Of a DNA stretch of 62,289 bases, positions 10,729 through 19,602 are shown in pieces. Position numbers and translations under genes: made by a program. This stretch comes from Myxococcota bacterium (lineage in GTDB: Bacteria; Myxococcota; JACRCW01). A model generated the notes under the pieces. It did no database searches. It was not told where the DNA came from and saw only the letters and a program-made list of their open reading frames with translations. The stretch covers positions 1 through 62,289 of the forward strand of contig JBFMGU010000025.1 of assembly GCA_040752415.1 (NCBI GenBank), read 5' to 3'. Position 1 is the stretch's first letter. Every line of letters begins with the position of its first letter.

Positions 10729-11988
10729 ATGCGCTTCCCAACGCTGCTTCTCGTCGTGGCGGGGGTCTGTGCCCCGTGGCTGATGTTTGCCGCGGCCCCC
10801 ACGGATCCCGCCGCCGAGGTTGCGCGGATGCGGCCCGCCCTCGTGGAAACCCGTCGCTGGTTCCACCAACACGCGGAGCTCAGCAACCGTGAGATCGAGA
10901 CGTCCCGGGAGATCGCCCGGAGGCTCACCGCGCTGGGCTACCCGGTGCAGACGGGCGTGGCGCACACCGGCGTGGTGGCCACGTTGCAGGGCGCGCAGCC
11001 CGGGCCGCTCCTGGCCTGGCGCGCGGACATCGACGCTCTCCCCGTCGAGGAGAAATCCGCCCTGCCCTACGCGTCCCTCAACAAGGGCGTGATGCACGCC
11101 TGCGGTCACGACGTGCACATCACCGTGGGCCTGGGCGCCGCGGAGGTGCTGATGAAACGGCGCAAGGACGTGCGCGGCACCATCCGGTTCATCTTCCAGC
11201 CCGCCGAGGAGGGCGCTCCTCCCGGCGAGGAGGGCGGCGCCGCGTTGATGGTCAAGGAGGGCGTGCTGCAGCCTCCGCCGCGCGCCATCTTCGGACTGCA
11301 CGTCATGCCGCAGGTGCCGGTGGGCTCGGTGGCGGTGCGCGCGGGGCCGGTGCTGGCGGCGGCGGACCGGTTCAGCATCAAGGTGCGCGGGAAGAAGGCG
11401 CACGGGGCCATGCCGCACCTGGGTGTGGATGCGGTGTACGTGGGCGCGCAGCTGGTCGACGCGCTGCAGTCGCGCGTTTCCCGACGTCAGGACGCACGCC
11501 AGCCGCTGGTGATCAGCGTGGGCCAATTCCATGCCGGCAACCGGTTCAACATCCTGGCGGATGAGGCCACGCTGGAAGGCACCGTGCGCACGCTGGATCC
11601 CGCCACGCACGCCGTCATCAAGGCGGACCTGGAAGGCCTCGTCCACGGCGTGTGCCAGGCGCACGGCGCCAGCTGTGAGCTCACCTACGCCAACCTGGCC
11701 CCCGTCACCGTCAACGACCCCACGCTCACGGCGAGAGGCACCGCGGCGCTCACCCGCGCGCTGGGCGCCGACCACGTCAAGGAGTGGACGCCAGCCATGG
11801 TGGCGGAGGACTTCGCGTTCTTCGCGCAGCAGGTGCCGGGGCTCTATTTCATCCTCGGGGTGGGCGCGCCGGGCGTGAAGGACCCCGCGGGAATCCACAC
11901 GCCCGACTTCCAGGTGGACGAGGACGCCCTGGTCACCGGGGTCAACGCCGCGGTCTCCCTCCTGCTCTCCGAGGGCGCCGCACGCTGA
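10729..11988 (+). CDS. M20 family amidohydrolase with signal peptide
   Basis: HQHAELSNRE, RADIDALP, MHACGHDVH, FQPAEEG, AEDFA, HTPDF. Confidence 0.93.
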   Translation: MRFPTLLLVVAGVCAPWLMFAAAPTDPAAEVARMRPALVETRRWFHQHAELSNREIETSREIARRLTALGYPVQTGVAHTGVVATLQGAQPGPLLAWRADIDALPVEEKSALPYASLNKGVMHACGHDVHITVGLGAAEVLMKRRKDVRGTIRFIFQPAEEGAPPGEEGGAALMVKEGVLQPPPRAIFGLHVMPQVPVGSVAVRAGPVLAAADRFSIKVRGKKAHGAMPHLGVDAVYVGAQLVDALQSRVSRRQDARQPLVISVGQFHAGNRFNILADEATLEGTVRTLDPATHAVIKADLEGLVHGVCQAHGASCELTYANLAPVTVNDPTLTARGTAALTRALGADHVKEWTPAMVAEDFAFFAQQVPGLYFILGVGAPGVKDPAGIHTPDFQVDEDALVTGVNAAVSLLLSEGAAR

Positions 11989-12084
11989 TGCGATCCCGCG
12001 CGAAACCGGTTGCATCCCGTGACGGCGATGGGCATCTCATGGTGCAGCATTGCTGCTTGCCTGCCACCCACATCTGGTCACCTC

Positions 12085-12981
12085 ATGTTCGCATTGACCC
12101 GTCGCGAGATGATTGAGGCGTTGTTCGGCGCGCCGGCCCTGCGTCGGCTCCTGCAGGAGGGCGGGCCGGGTGACGCACGCATGCTGGAGCCCACGCTGGC
12201 GCGCATCAACGTGCCAGTGGCGGGGCTGGACCGCCGGTTGGACGGCATGCGGATTGGCCAGATCTCCGACGCACACATTGGCGCGTTCCTGGGCCTGGAC
12301 CACCTGGAGCGTGCGGTGGCGCCCTTCCTCGCCGACCCGCCGGACATCATGACGGTGACCGGTGACCTCCTCGACGACGCCTCCCTCATGCCCGCGTGCC
12401 TGGAGATCGTCTCGCGCATCAAGGCGCCGTACGGACGCTTCATCATCATGGGCAACCATGAGAACTACGCCGGCCGTGACGACGTCCTGAAGGCCATGCG
12501 TCCGCACGCGGGCTTCACCTCCCTGCTGAACGAGGAGACGTTGGTGCGCGTGCAGGGCGCGGTGGTCCACGTCAGCGGGCTGGACTATCCGCCGGGCAAG
12601 CAGCCCACGAAGATCCGCTGGATCACCACCCCGCTGCCCCACCCCGTCTACCTGCGGGAGTTTCCCAACATCGTCGAGGACGTGGGGCGCTCCACGCAGA
12701 AGGTGGACAGCGCGGACTTCCGGCTCTCCCTGGCGCACCACCCCGACAACTTCGAGGAGATTCGCAAGCGCGGCGTGGAGCTCACGTTGAGCGGGCACAC
12801 GCACGGCGGCCAGGTGGCGCCGGTGGGGACGTACTTTGCGCGCGCGGTGTTCAAGTACAACCACGGGCTGTACCGGGAAGGAAACAGCCACGTGTACGTC
12901 AACGGCGGCACGGGGCACTGGTGGCCGCTGCGGATTGGCATTCCCGCCGAGGTCACCGAGCTCACGCTGCGTCGGGTGTGA
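12085..12981 (+). CDS. Calcineurin-like metallophosphoesterase (YkuE/YaeI type)
   Basis: SDAH, TGDLLD, MGNHE, LAHHP, LSGHTHGGQV. Confidence 0.9.
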   Translation: MFALTRREMIEALFGAPALRRLLQEGGPGDARMLEPTLARINVPVAGLDRRLDGMRIGQISDAHIGAFLGLDHLERAVAPFLADPPDIMTVTGDLLDDASLMPACLEIVSRIKAPYGRFIIMGNHENYAGRDDVLKAMRPHAGFTSLLNEETLVRVQGAVVHVSGLDYPPGKQPTKIRWITTPLPHPVYLREFPNIVEDVGRSTQKVDSADFRLSLAHHPDNFEEIRKRGVELTLSGHTHGGQVAPVGTYFARAVFKYNHGLYREGNSHVYVNGGTGHWWPLRIGIPAEVTELTLRRV

Positions 12982-12984
12982 GCC

Positions 12985-15201
12985 TCACTGCACCGTCAGC
13001 AACCCGTAGCTGCACTCCTCGCCGCTGCACGCGGGAGGGTCGCGCGGGTCCAGCAGCGTGCCGTAGCACCAGGTCTGTCCGTCGTCGGTGGAGTAGCGGA
13101 AGGTGTAGTTGAACTGACCGCTGACCCCCACGTTGAATTGACCAACGTATTCGTCCGCTTCGCTCACGTGGAACGCGTTGTAGCCGGTGGCCGCCCACTG
13201 CCACGCCGCATCCGACGGAGCCACGCCCACCGGCCCATGGCCCAGCTCCGCGATCACGTCGGGAGCCTGGTCATTGGCGTCGGTGAGGCCGTCCACGCTG
13301 ACCTGGCCGTAGATGTTCTCGGACATGGCGCCCACCGTCGTGGTGGTGGTCGGCGGGTACTGCAGGTTGCACCACTCCACGGGCTTGCGCGTCTCCATCA
13401 CGCCGCTCTGGTCCACGGCATATCCGTTGAGGCTGCCGTCGCGGTCGCACGTCATCCAGGACACGCCGCCATCCACGCTGAAGCGATAGGCCAGCGCATA
13501 GGCCCCGCGTGCGGGGGCGGTCAGCGTGGTGGTGTACTCGTCGGCGTCAGCGGTGGCGGAGAGGTCCGCGTCACCCGCGTAGGTCGCGTCCTGCCAGATC
13601 CAGGTGTTGTCCTCCGGGCTGGAGAAGAGCGGGCCATAGCCCACCTGCGCCAACACGCCCGCGCCCGGACCCGCGCCTTCGGTCAGGTTGGGAACCGTGA
13701 CCCGACCGGTGATGGCCGGCGTGCCGTTCCCCTCGTGGAGGACGATGCTGTCGGGCCCTTCATAGCGACACACGCTGATGGTGGGCGTGGGTGAGGTGGC
13801 TTCCAACGTGGCACCCGACGTGGCGGAGAAACCATTGGCCGACCCGTCCAGGTCACACAGGGTCCAGTTTGCGCCGTCGTCGACGCTGAAGCGGTAGCCC
13901 ACGCGGTAGGTGCCCTCGGTGTCCACGGTGACGCTGCCCGTGTATTCGTCATTGGCCTTGTCATTGGGGACCAATCCATCGACGTCGGCGGTGTACGTGG
14001 CATCCACCCACGTCCACGTCGCGGGATCGTCGGTCTCCAGGCCATGGCCCACCTGCCCACGGATTCCCGTCGCGGCTCCGTCTCCGGGCGTGCGTCCCTC
14101 GACGTAGACCCGGCCATGGAACGGCGCGCTGGCCACCCCGGTCTCCACGTTGGCGCTGTTGGGACGGTTCAGCTCGCAGTAGTCCACGGTCAGCGCAGCA
14201 ACCTGCAGGTCCGCCCCCGACGACAGCACCTCCGCGCTCGACGTGGGCCCGGCCAGGTCGCAGTAGCGCCAGCTGGCGCCGCCCGTCAGCGAGAACCGGT
14301 AGGCCATGACCCAGGTGCCCGTGGGTGGCGCGCTCACCGTTGCTTCGTATTCGTCGTTGGCCTGGTCGCCGGAGATGAGGCCGTCCACGTCGCGCGCGTA
14401 GGTGGCGCCCGTCCACGTCCAGCTCTGCGCCGAAGGAGCGTCGCCCGCCGGCCCAAAGCCAACTTCCGCGGAAATGCCCGCCCCTCCGCCCGCGCCCTGG
14501 GTCACGCCGTCAACGAAGACCCGACCGTAGAGAACAGGCGCGTTGTCGCCGGAACGGAGGGTCACCGCGTCGGGATACTGGAACACGCAGTACACCACGC
14601 AGCTGCCGTTCGGGTGGGCGCAGTCCGGATCGTCGCAGTCGACAAGGCCGTCGGTGTCGTCGTCAGTGCTGTTGCCGCAGTCTTCCGCGGGGCCGCCGGA
14701 GGACGAAGAGGAGCCGCTGGACGACGAAGACGAGGCGCTGCTCGACGACGACGAGGACGAGGAGCTGCTGGACGACGACGAAGCGCTGCCCGAAGACGAA
14801 GCGGACGAAGAAGCCGTTCCGGTCGACGAGGAGCTCGAGGAAGACGCCACCGAACCGCTGGACGAAGACGAAGCGGACGAAGAGGAAGCACCCGCCGTGG
14901 AGGACGTGGTTCCCGTCTCCCCGCTGGAGGATGACGAGGCGCTGCTGGTACCCGACGTGGCGGAGGAGCTGGAGCCGCTGGAGGAGGACGCGCTGGAGCT
15001 TGAGGATGCCCCCGACGACGCCGAGGATGACGACGTCACGCTGCCGGAGCTGCTGCTGGACGAGGACGAGCTCGACGACGACGTGCTCGCTGAGCCGCTG
15101 GAGGAGGAGGTGGTTTCCTCCGTGGTGGTGCCCGACGTGCTGGTGCACGCGGAAATCAACAGGGATGCCACGGCCAGCGGGAGGTGACGAAAGGAATGCA
15201 T
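12985..15201 (-). CDS. Lipoprotein with Ser-rich linker, DDDTDGLVDCDDPDC motif and four tandem ~135-aa beta-rich repeats
   Basis: Lipobox LISAC after ATG at 15201; repeats with C..yP / GrV.v.g.T / vGyGP / W.W..AtY / DEY / YRFS.dgG.sW..CD. Confidence 0.85.
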   Translation of the reverse strand: MHSFRHLPLAVASLLISACTSTSGTTTEETTSSSSGSASTSSSSSSSSSSSSGSVTSSSSASSGASSSSSASSSSGSSSSATSGTSSASSSSSGETGTTSSTAGASSSSASSSSSGSVASSSSSSSTGTASSSASSSGSASSSSSSSSSSSSSSSASSSSSSGSSSSSGGPAEDCGNSTDDDTDGLVDCDDPDCAHPNGSCVVYCVFQYPDAVTLRSGDNAPVLYGRVFVDGVTQGAGGGAGISAEVGFGPAGDAPSAQSWTWTGATYARDVDGLISGDQANDEYEATVSAPPTGTWVMAYRFSLTGGASWRYCDLAGPTSSAEVLSSGADLQVAALTVDYCELNRPNSANVETGVASAPFHGRVYVEGRTPGDGAATGIRGQVGHGLETDDPATWTWVDATYTADVDGLVPNDKANDEYTGSVTVDTEGTYRVGYRFSVDDGANWTLCDLDGSANGFSATSGATLEATSPTPTISVCRYEGPDSIVLHEGNGTPAITGRVTVPNLTEGAGPGAGVLAQVGYGPLFSSPEDNTWIWQDATYAGDADLSATADADEYTTTLTAPARGAYALAYRFSVDGGVSWMTCDRDGSLNGYAVDQSGVMETRKPVEWCNLQYPPTTTTTVGAMSENIYGQVSVDGLTDANDQAPDVIAELGHGPVGVAPSDAAWQWAATGYNAFHVSEADEYVGQFNVGVSGQFNYTFRYSTDDGQTWCYGTLLDPRDPPACSGEECSYGLLTVQ

Positions 15202-15286
15202 GGCGCGTTTGTACCACGGCCGTGGCCACGGCATTTGCCAGCGTGCCCTGGGTCTGCTCTGTTTGCGCACCTGCGGGGAGGACTCC

Positions 15287-16657
15287 ATGGTTGCACAGCA
15301 GTCTTTGGCGGACGCGCCGTTGGAGACCAGCGCGCCGGGTCCGGATGGCTTGCCGTTGCTGGGCATTGCGCCCCACCTCTTGCGGGAAGGCCCCAACTAC
15401 CTCGTGCGCCTGGCCCATGAATTCGGCGAGGTGGTGGAGTTCGACCTGGGGCCGCAGCGCTTCTTCCTGCTGACCAATCCCGACCACGTCCGCCACGTCC
15501 TGCAGGCGAACTACCGCAACTATGTGAAGGGCTATGACAAGGTGAAGCCCGTCCTGGGCCAGGGGCTGGTGGCCAGTGAGGGAGACTTCTGGCGACGTCA
15601 GCGCAAGCTCATGGCCCCGGCATTCCACAGGCAGCGCCTCCAGCAGCTGGCCGCGGGGATGACCGACGAGATTGCGGCCACCATGCGGCGCTGGGAGGGC
15701 GCGGCGGAGCGTGGCGCCAGCGTGGACACGGCGGCGGAGATGATGTCCATGACGCGCGACATCATCGTTCGCACCATGTTCAGCGCGGACTTCAAGGACG
15801 AGGGCGCGCTGATTGGTGATTGCTTCGAGGAGGTGATGAACTTCCTCAGCCGCTCCCTCTTCATTCCCTTTGACATCCCGCAGGCGCTCCCCCTCCCCTC
15901 CAACCTGCGTTTCAGGAAGGCCAAGCAGACGCTGGACGGATTCATCCGGCACATTACCGAGGAGCGTCGTCGCGGCGGGGAGGACCGCGGTGATCTGCTC
16001 AGCATGCTCCTGGCCGCCCGCGACGAGGACACCGGGGAAGGCATGAGCGACGACCAGCTGCGCGACGAGCTGTTCACGATCTTCTTTGCCGGCCACGAGA
16101 CCACCGCCAACACCCTGGCCTGGGCCACGTATCTGCTTAGCCGCCATCCCGAGGCGCAGCGTCGACTGCGGGAGGAAGCGCGCGAGGTGCTGCAGGGGCG
16201 CACGCCCACCTTCGAGGATCTTCCTCGGCTGGCCTATACCCGGCTCGTCGTGGATGAAACGCTGCGGCTCTATCCCGCGGCGTGGATGTTCGCGCGGAAG
16301 CCCGCGGGTGAGGACCAGGTGGGCCGCTTCCGCATTGGCCCCGACGCCATGCTGATGCTCAGCCCCTTTGTCATGCACCGGATGCCGCAGCACTGGGAGA
16401 ACCCGGAAGGCTTTGATCCGGAGCGCTTCACCGAGGCGCGCAGCCAGGGACGTCACCCCTTCGCCTATTTTCCTTTTGGCGGTGGCCCGCGGATCTGCAT
16501 CGGCAACCACTTCTCACTCATGGAGACCACCCTGGCGCTGGCCATGATCTACAGCCGCTACCGCGTGGATCTCGTGCCCGGCCACGCTGTGAAGGTGCAG
16601 GCCAACGCCACCCTGAGGCCCCGCCCCGCGGTTCGCGTGACGCTCCATCAAGTCTGA
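15287..16657 (+). CDS. Cytochrome P450
   Basis: FAGHETT (I-helix), ETLR (ExxR), FDPERF, FGGGPRICIG heme-binding Cys; GGAGG SD before ATG 15287. Confidence 0.96.
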   Translation: MVAQQSLADAPLETSAPGPDGLPLLGIAPHLLREGPNYLVRLAHEFGEVVEFDLGPQRFFLLTNPDHVRHVLQANYRNYVKGYDKVKPVLGQGLVASEGDFWRRQRKLMAPAFHRQRLQQLAAGMTDEIAATMRRWEGAAERGASVDTAAEMMSMTRDIIVRTMFSADFKDEGALIGDCFEEVMNFLSRSLFIPFDIPQALPLPSNLRFRKAKQTLDGFIRHITEERRRGGEDRGDLLSMLLAARDEDTGEGMSDDQLRDELFTIFFAGHETTANTLAWATYLLSRHPEAQRRLREEAREVLQGRTPTFEDLPRLAYTRLVVDETLRLYPAAWMFARKPAGEDQVGRFRIGPDAMLMLSPFVMHRMPQHWENPEGFDPERFTEARSQGRHPFAYFPFGGGPRICIGNHFSLMETTLALAMIYSRYRVDLVPGHAVKVQANATLRPRPAVRVTLHQV

Positions 16658-16705
16658 GTGGCGACGTGACGAAGCACCAGGCGGACCTGGAGGGGACGTC
16701 CGGTA

Positions 16706-16742
16706 CTGAACAAATGTTCCCGCAACCAAAGTTGCGTTGACA
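16706..16742 (+). promoter_or_regulatory. Operator-like sites: GAAC-N4-GTTC (LexA-box-like), palindrome CGCAAC-N4-GTTGCG, then TTGACA
   Basis: CTGAACAAATGTTC at 16706-16719, CGCAACCAAAGTTGCG at 16721-16736, TTGACA at 16737-16742. Confidence 0.35.
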
Positions 16743-16822
16743 TGTCCGAGCTGTTGCGCTTCGCCCGAAACTGGCCTAACCAAACGAACGGACTGTCCCA
16801 CCATCAACAAAGAGGAGTTCAC

Positions 16823-17377
16823 GTGGCACGAAAGTCTGGGGGAGCTAGCGCCAAGAAGGAATTGGAGGCGATGAGCGCCGCGCACGACGCGCTGGCGTCG
16901 TTGGGGGCCGGAGAGAGACTCCGCGCCTTGGCTTGGTTGTGCGAGCGGTTGGGTCTGCCCACGCCCGCCGGGGTCTCCGTGGAAGCGGTGAGCGGGCCGC
17001 GCGGCGGTGGTCGCGGAGCGGCGCCGACGGGCGAGAACGCGGCCGGCGTTCGTCAGCTGCTGGGGGCCAAGAAGCCCGCCACGGCGGCGGAGCGGGTGCT
17101 GCTGCTGGGGTTCTACCTGACCAAGCACGCAAAGCAGTCGGCGTTCCGCACGCGGGATCTCTCGCGCCTGAACACCGAGGCGGCGCTGGAGAAGTTCACC
17201 AACGCCACCGTGGCGGTCAACGCGGCCGTGAAGAAGGGGTGGTTCAACAACCAGGGGGGCCGCTTCACGCTGACCACCGGCGGTGAGCGCTACGTCAACG
17301 CGCTCCCGGACCGCGCGGCGGCGGAAGAGGGCGCTCCTCGTCGTGGCCGCGGCCGTCCTCGCAAGAAGCGCGGCTGA
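16823..17377 (+). CDS. Basic putative DNA-binding protein (winged-helix-like) with C-terminal AT-hook-like motif
   Basis: GTG start after AGAGGAG SD; GWF...FTLTTGGERYV wing-like segment; ends PRRGRGRPRKKRG. Confidence 0.75.
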   Translation: MARKSGGASAKKELEAMSAAHDALASLGAGERLRALAWLCERLGLPTPAGVSVEAVSGPRGGGRGAAPTGENAAGVRQLLGAKKPATAAERVLLLGFYLTKHAKQSAFRTRDLSRLNTEAALEKFTNATVAVNAAVKKGWFNNQGGRFTLTTGGERYVNALPDRAAAEEGAPRRGRGRPRKKRG

Positions 17378-17380
17378 AGC

Positions 17381-18889
17381 TCAGTCCCCGCTCCGCTCCG
17401 GAATCACCCTTCCCGCATCCAGGCGCCAGCGCTCGACGGTGCAACGTCGGGCCAGGGCGTCGTCATGCGTGATGAGGACCAGTGCGCCGGGATAGGCCCG
17501 CAGCGCCTGCTCCACCCGCTCCACCGACGGAAGATCCAGGTTGTTGGTGGGCTCATCCAGCGCCACCAGCCACACGCGTCGCGCCAGGCCGTGGGCCATC
17601 ATGAGCTTGCGCACCTCACCGGGAGAGGGCTGATCCGACGCCAGCAGTCGCGACGGATCCGCACCCAACGCCGCCACGAAGGTCAACGTCCGCCCGCGCT
17701 CGTCGGGCGGGAGCTTGCGCAGCTCCTGGAGCAGCGCGCGACCATGCTCCTCCGTCACGCCCTGTGGAACGTGCAGGATGCGCTCCGGAGGAAGATGCGC
17801 GTGCGCCAGCAGCGCGTTGAGCAACGTGGTCTTGCCCGCACCATTGCCCCCCGCAATGTGGATCCGGGCGCCGCGCGGCACCACCACGTGGACATCCCGC
17901 AGCACGCACCGGGATCCCGCCCGCACCTCCTCCACCTGGAGTGTGAGCAGCCGGGGCATGGGCGCGGGCTCGTCGTCGACGAAGATCTCGCTCCCCCAGG
18001 TGCGCGGCAGCGCGTGGGATTCCAGCTCCTCCAGCGCCCGCTCCACCCGACGTCGCGCCACACCCACCGCACGCCCCCAGCGCTTCTCCGCGGTGTCCAC
18101 GCGGAAGTTCTCGAGCGCGCTGTTGGCGTCATGATCCTTGCGGCTCTTCATGCGCGCGGCGGAGCTTCGTCGGTGATCGGCGGCGGCGTGCTCGCGCCGG
18201 GTGTCGGCCAGCTGACGTCGGAGCGTGCGTTCCCGCTCCAACAGCGCGTGGCGTTCTTCCCGCTGCAGCTGCTCCTCCGCCTCCCAATCCTGCTTCGCGG
18301 CGGAGTAGCTGCCCGACCACAAACGGGCCGCACCGTGCTGCAGGCGGAGTGTGCGCGTGGTGATCTCGTCGAGGAACACGCGATCATGGGACACCACCAC
18401 GCCCAGGCCGCCAAACCTACGCAACGCGCCCAGCAGCAGATTCCGCCCCGCCGCGTCGAGGTGGTTGGTGGGCTCATCCAGCAGCAGCACGTCCGGCTCC
18501 GCCATCAACGCACCGCCAATCTGCCAACGCTTGCGCTCGCCCGGCGACAACGAAGGCCAGCGCACCAGCTGCTCGGGATCCAGGTGCAACCGTCCGCGCA
18601 GGCGGTGGGCCAGGGGCTCCCAGGAATCCGCGAACGCGCGCACGTCCTCCGTCAGATCCTCGACGAGCTGCGGGCAGGTGATCACCCGCGCCTCCGGGGG
18701 ATCAAGACGGATGGAGCCGTCCACCGGCGTGAGCTCGCCGGCCAACAGGCGCAGCAGGGTGCTCTTGCCCGCGCGGTTGGGGCCCACCAGTCCGGTCCAG
18801 CCCGACGGGAGCTGGAAGGAGGTTTGGCTCAGGATGGGGGCTGCGTCGGACCAGGAATAGGAAAGATCATGCACCGTGAGGGAAGGCAT
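17381..18889 (-). CDS. ABC-F family ATPase (two NBDs, no TM; ribosome-protection-like)
   Basis: Walker A GPNRAGKST and GGNGAGKTT; LSPGE / PSPGE; LLDEPTNHLD and ALDEPTNNLD; VSHD / ITHD; long interdomain linker. Confidence 0.92.
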   Translation of the reverse strand: MPSLTVHDLSYSWSDAAPILSQTSFQLPSGWTGLVGPNRAGKSTLLRLLAGELTPVDGSIRLDPPEARVITCPQLVEDLTEDVRAFADSWEPLAHRLRGRLHLDPEQLVRWPSLSPGERKRWQIGGALMAEPDVLLLDEPTNHLDAAGRNLLLGALRRFGGLGVVVSHDRVFLDEITTRTLRLQHGAARLWSGSYSAAKQDWEAEEQLQREERHALLERERTLRRQLADTRREHAAADHRRSSAARMKSRKDHDANSALENFRVDTAEKRWGRAVGVARRRVERALEELESHALPRTWGSEIFVDDEPAPMPRLLTLQVEEVRAGSRCVLRDVHVVVPRGARIHIAGGNGAGKTTLLNALLAHAHLPPERILHVPQGVTEEHGRALLQELRKLPPDERGRTLTFVAALGADPSRLLASDQPSPGEVRKLMMAHGLARRVWLVALDEPTNNLDLPSVERVEQALRAYPGALVLITHDDALARRCTVERWRLDAGRVIPERSGD

Positions 18890-18946
18890 CCGCACCTCGT
18901 GAATCAGGGGCCCGGTCAACGGGCAGCCAAAGGAAAAGGCTCTGAT

Positions 18947-18964
18947 TCAGCGGCGGATGTTCAC
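18947..18964 (-). promoter_or_regulatory. Putative leader peptide uORF (MNIRR*) of the ABC-F attenuator
   Basis: GAGGAGG SD (18975-18981) 10 nt before GTG AAC ATC CGC CGC TGA, followed by hairpins up to the ABC-F SD. Confidence 0.6.
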
Positions 18965-19173
18965 GGGTGCGTGACCTCCTCAGGGGTTTGCGGTGCGCGG
19001 GCTTGTAACGCAGGCCGCGGAACCGCGCAAATGCGGCGCGCTCCCGGAAATGCCCAGGCCCACGGCCAACACCGGGGCAACCGTCCATGATGACGACGTC
19101 ATTCCCTTCGCCACCGCGGGTTGGCGCGAGCAACGCTTGTCGGTGTGTTGCGTGGAGTGATCTGGTCGGCTTC

Positions 19174-19494
19174 ATGACCAATGCAAGCGTCGCGCACCGG
19201 GCCGCGGTCTGCCGTGCGCTCCTGGAACGCGTGGACATGGTGGGCCTGTGGACGGAGGAAGGACCCACGTCCGCGGCGCGCCGACTCCGCGATCACGACG
19301 GAGAAGATCTCACGGACGCGCAGCGCTTCCTGCTCATGCTGGCGTGGGACGTGTGGAATGGAACGGGCCACGCGGACATGAGTGAGCTGCTCCGCCTGGA
19401 CGTGGTCACGCGGCGCCTGGTGGCTGCCTTGCTGGGCGCGCTGGCGGGCACCGCGCGTGATCTGGACGCGTGGCTGGAGCGCGCACGGCGCTGA
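19174..19494 (+). CDS. Hypothetical protein (106 aa)
   Basis: Coding-like ORF (GLWTEEGPT, LAWDVWNG) filling the gap. Confidence 0.65.
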   Translation: MTNASVAHRAAVCRALLERVDMVGLWTEEGPTSAARRLRDHDGEDLTDAQRFLLMLAWDVWNGTGHADMSELLRLDVVTRRLVAALLGALAGTARDLDAWLERARR

Positions 19495-19602
19495 AGCACT
19501 TCTCCGACGACAGATCCGTGGTGCTGCTGGCGGGACCTGCGCCGGTCCGCGCGTGAAATACCGCGCACCGTCCGCCCTTTGTTCCTGCAGGAGTTCCCAG
19601 CC

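Noticed and set aside
14543..15187. 214-aa Asp/Glu-rich ORF on the + strand
   Set aside because: Antisense shadow of the poly-Ser linker of the lipoprotein
15287..18889. Biosynthetic gene cluster around the P450 and ABC-F
   Set aside because: No PKS, NRPS, terpene or RiPP core genes and no redox partners nearby
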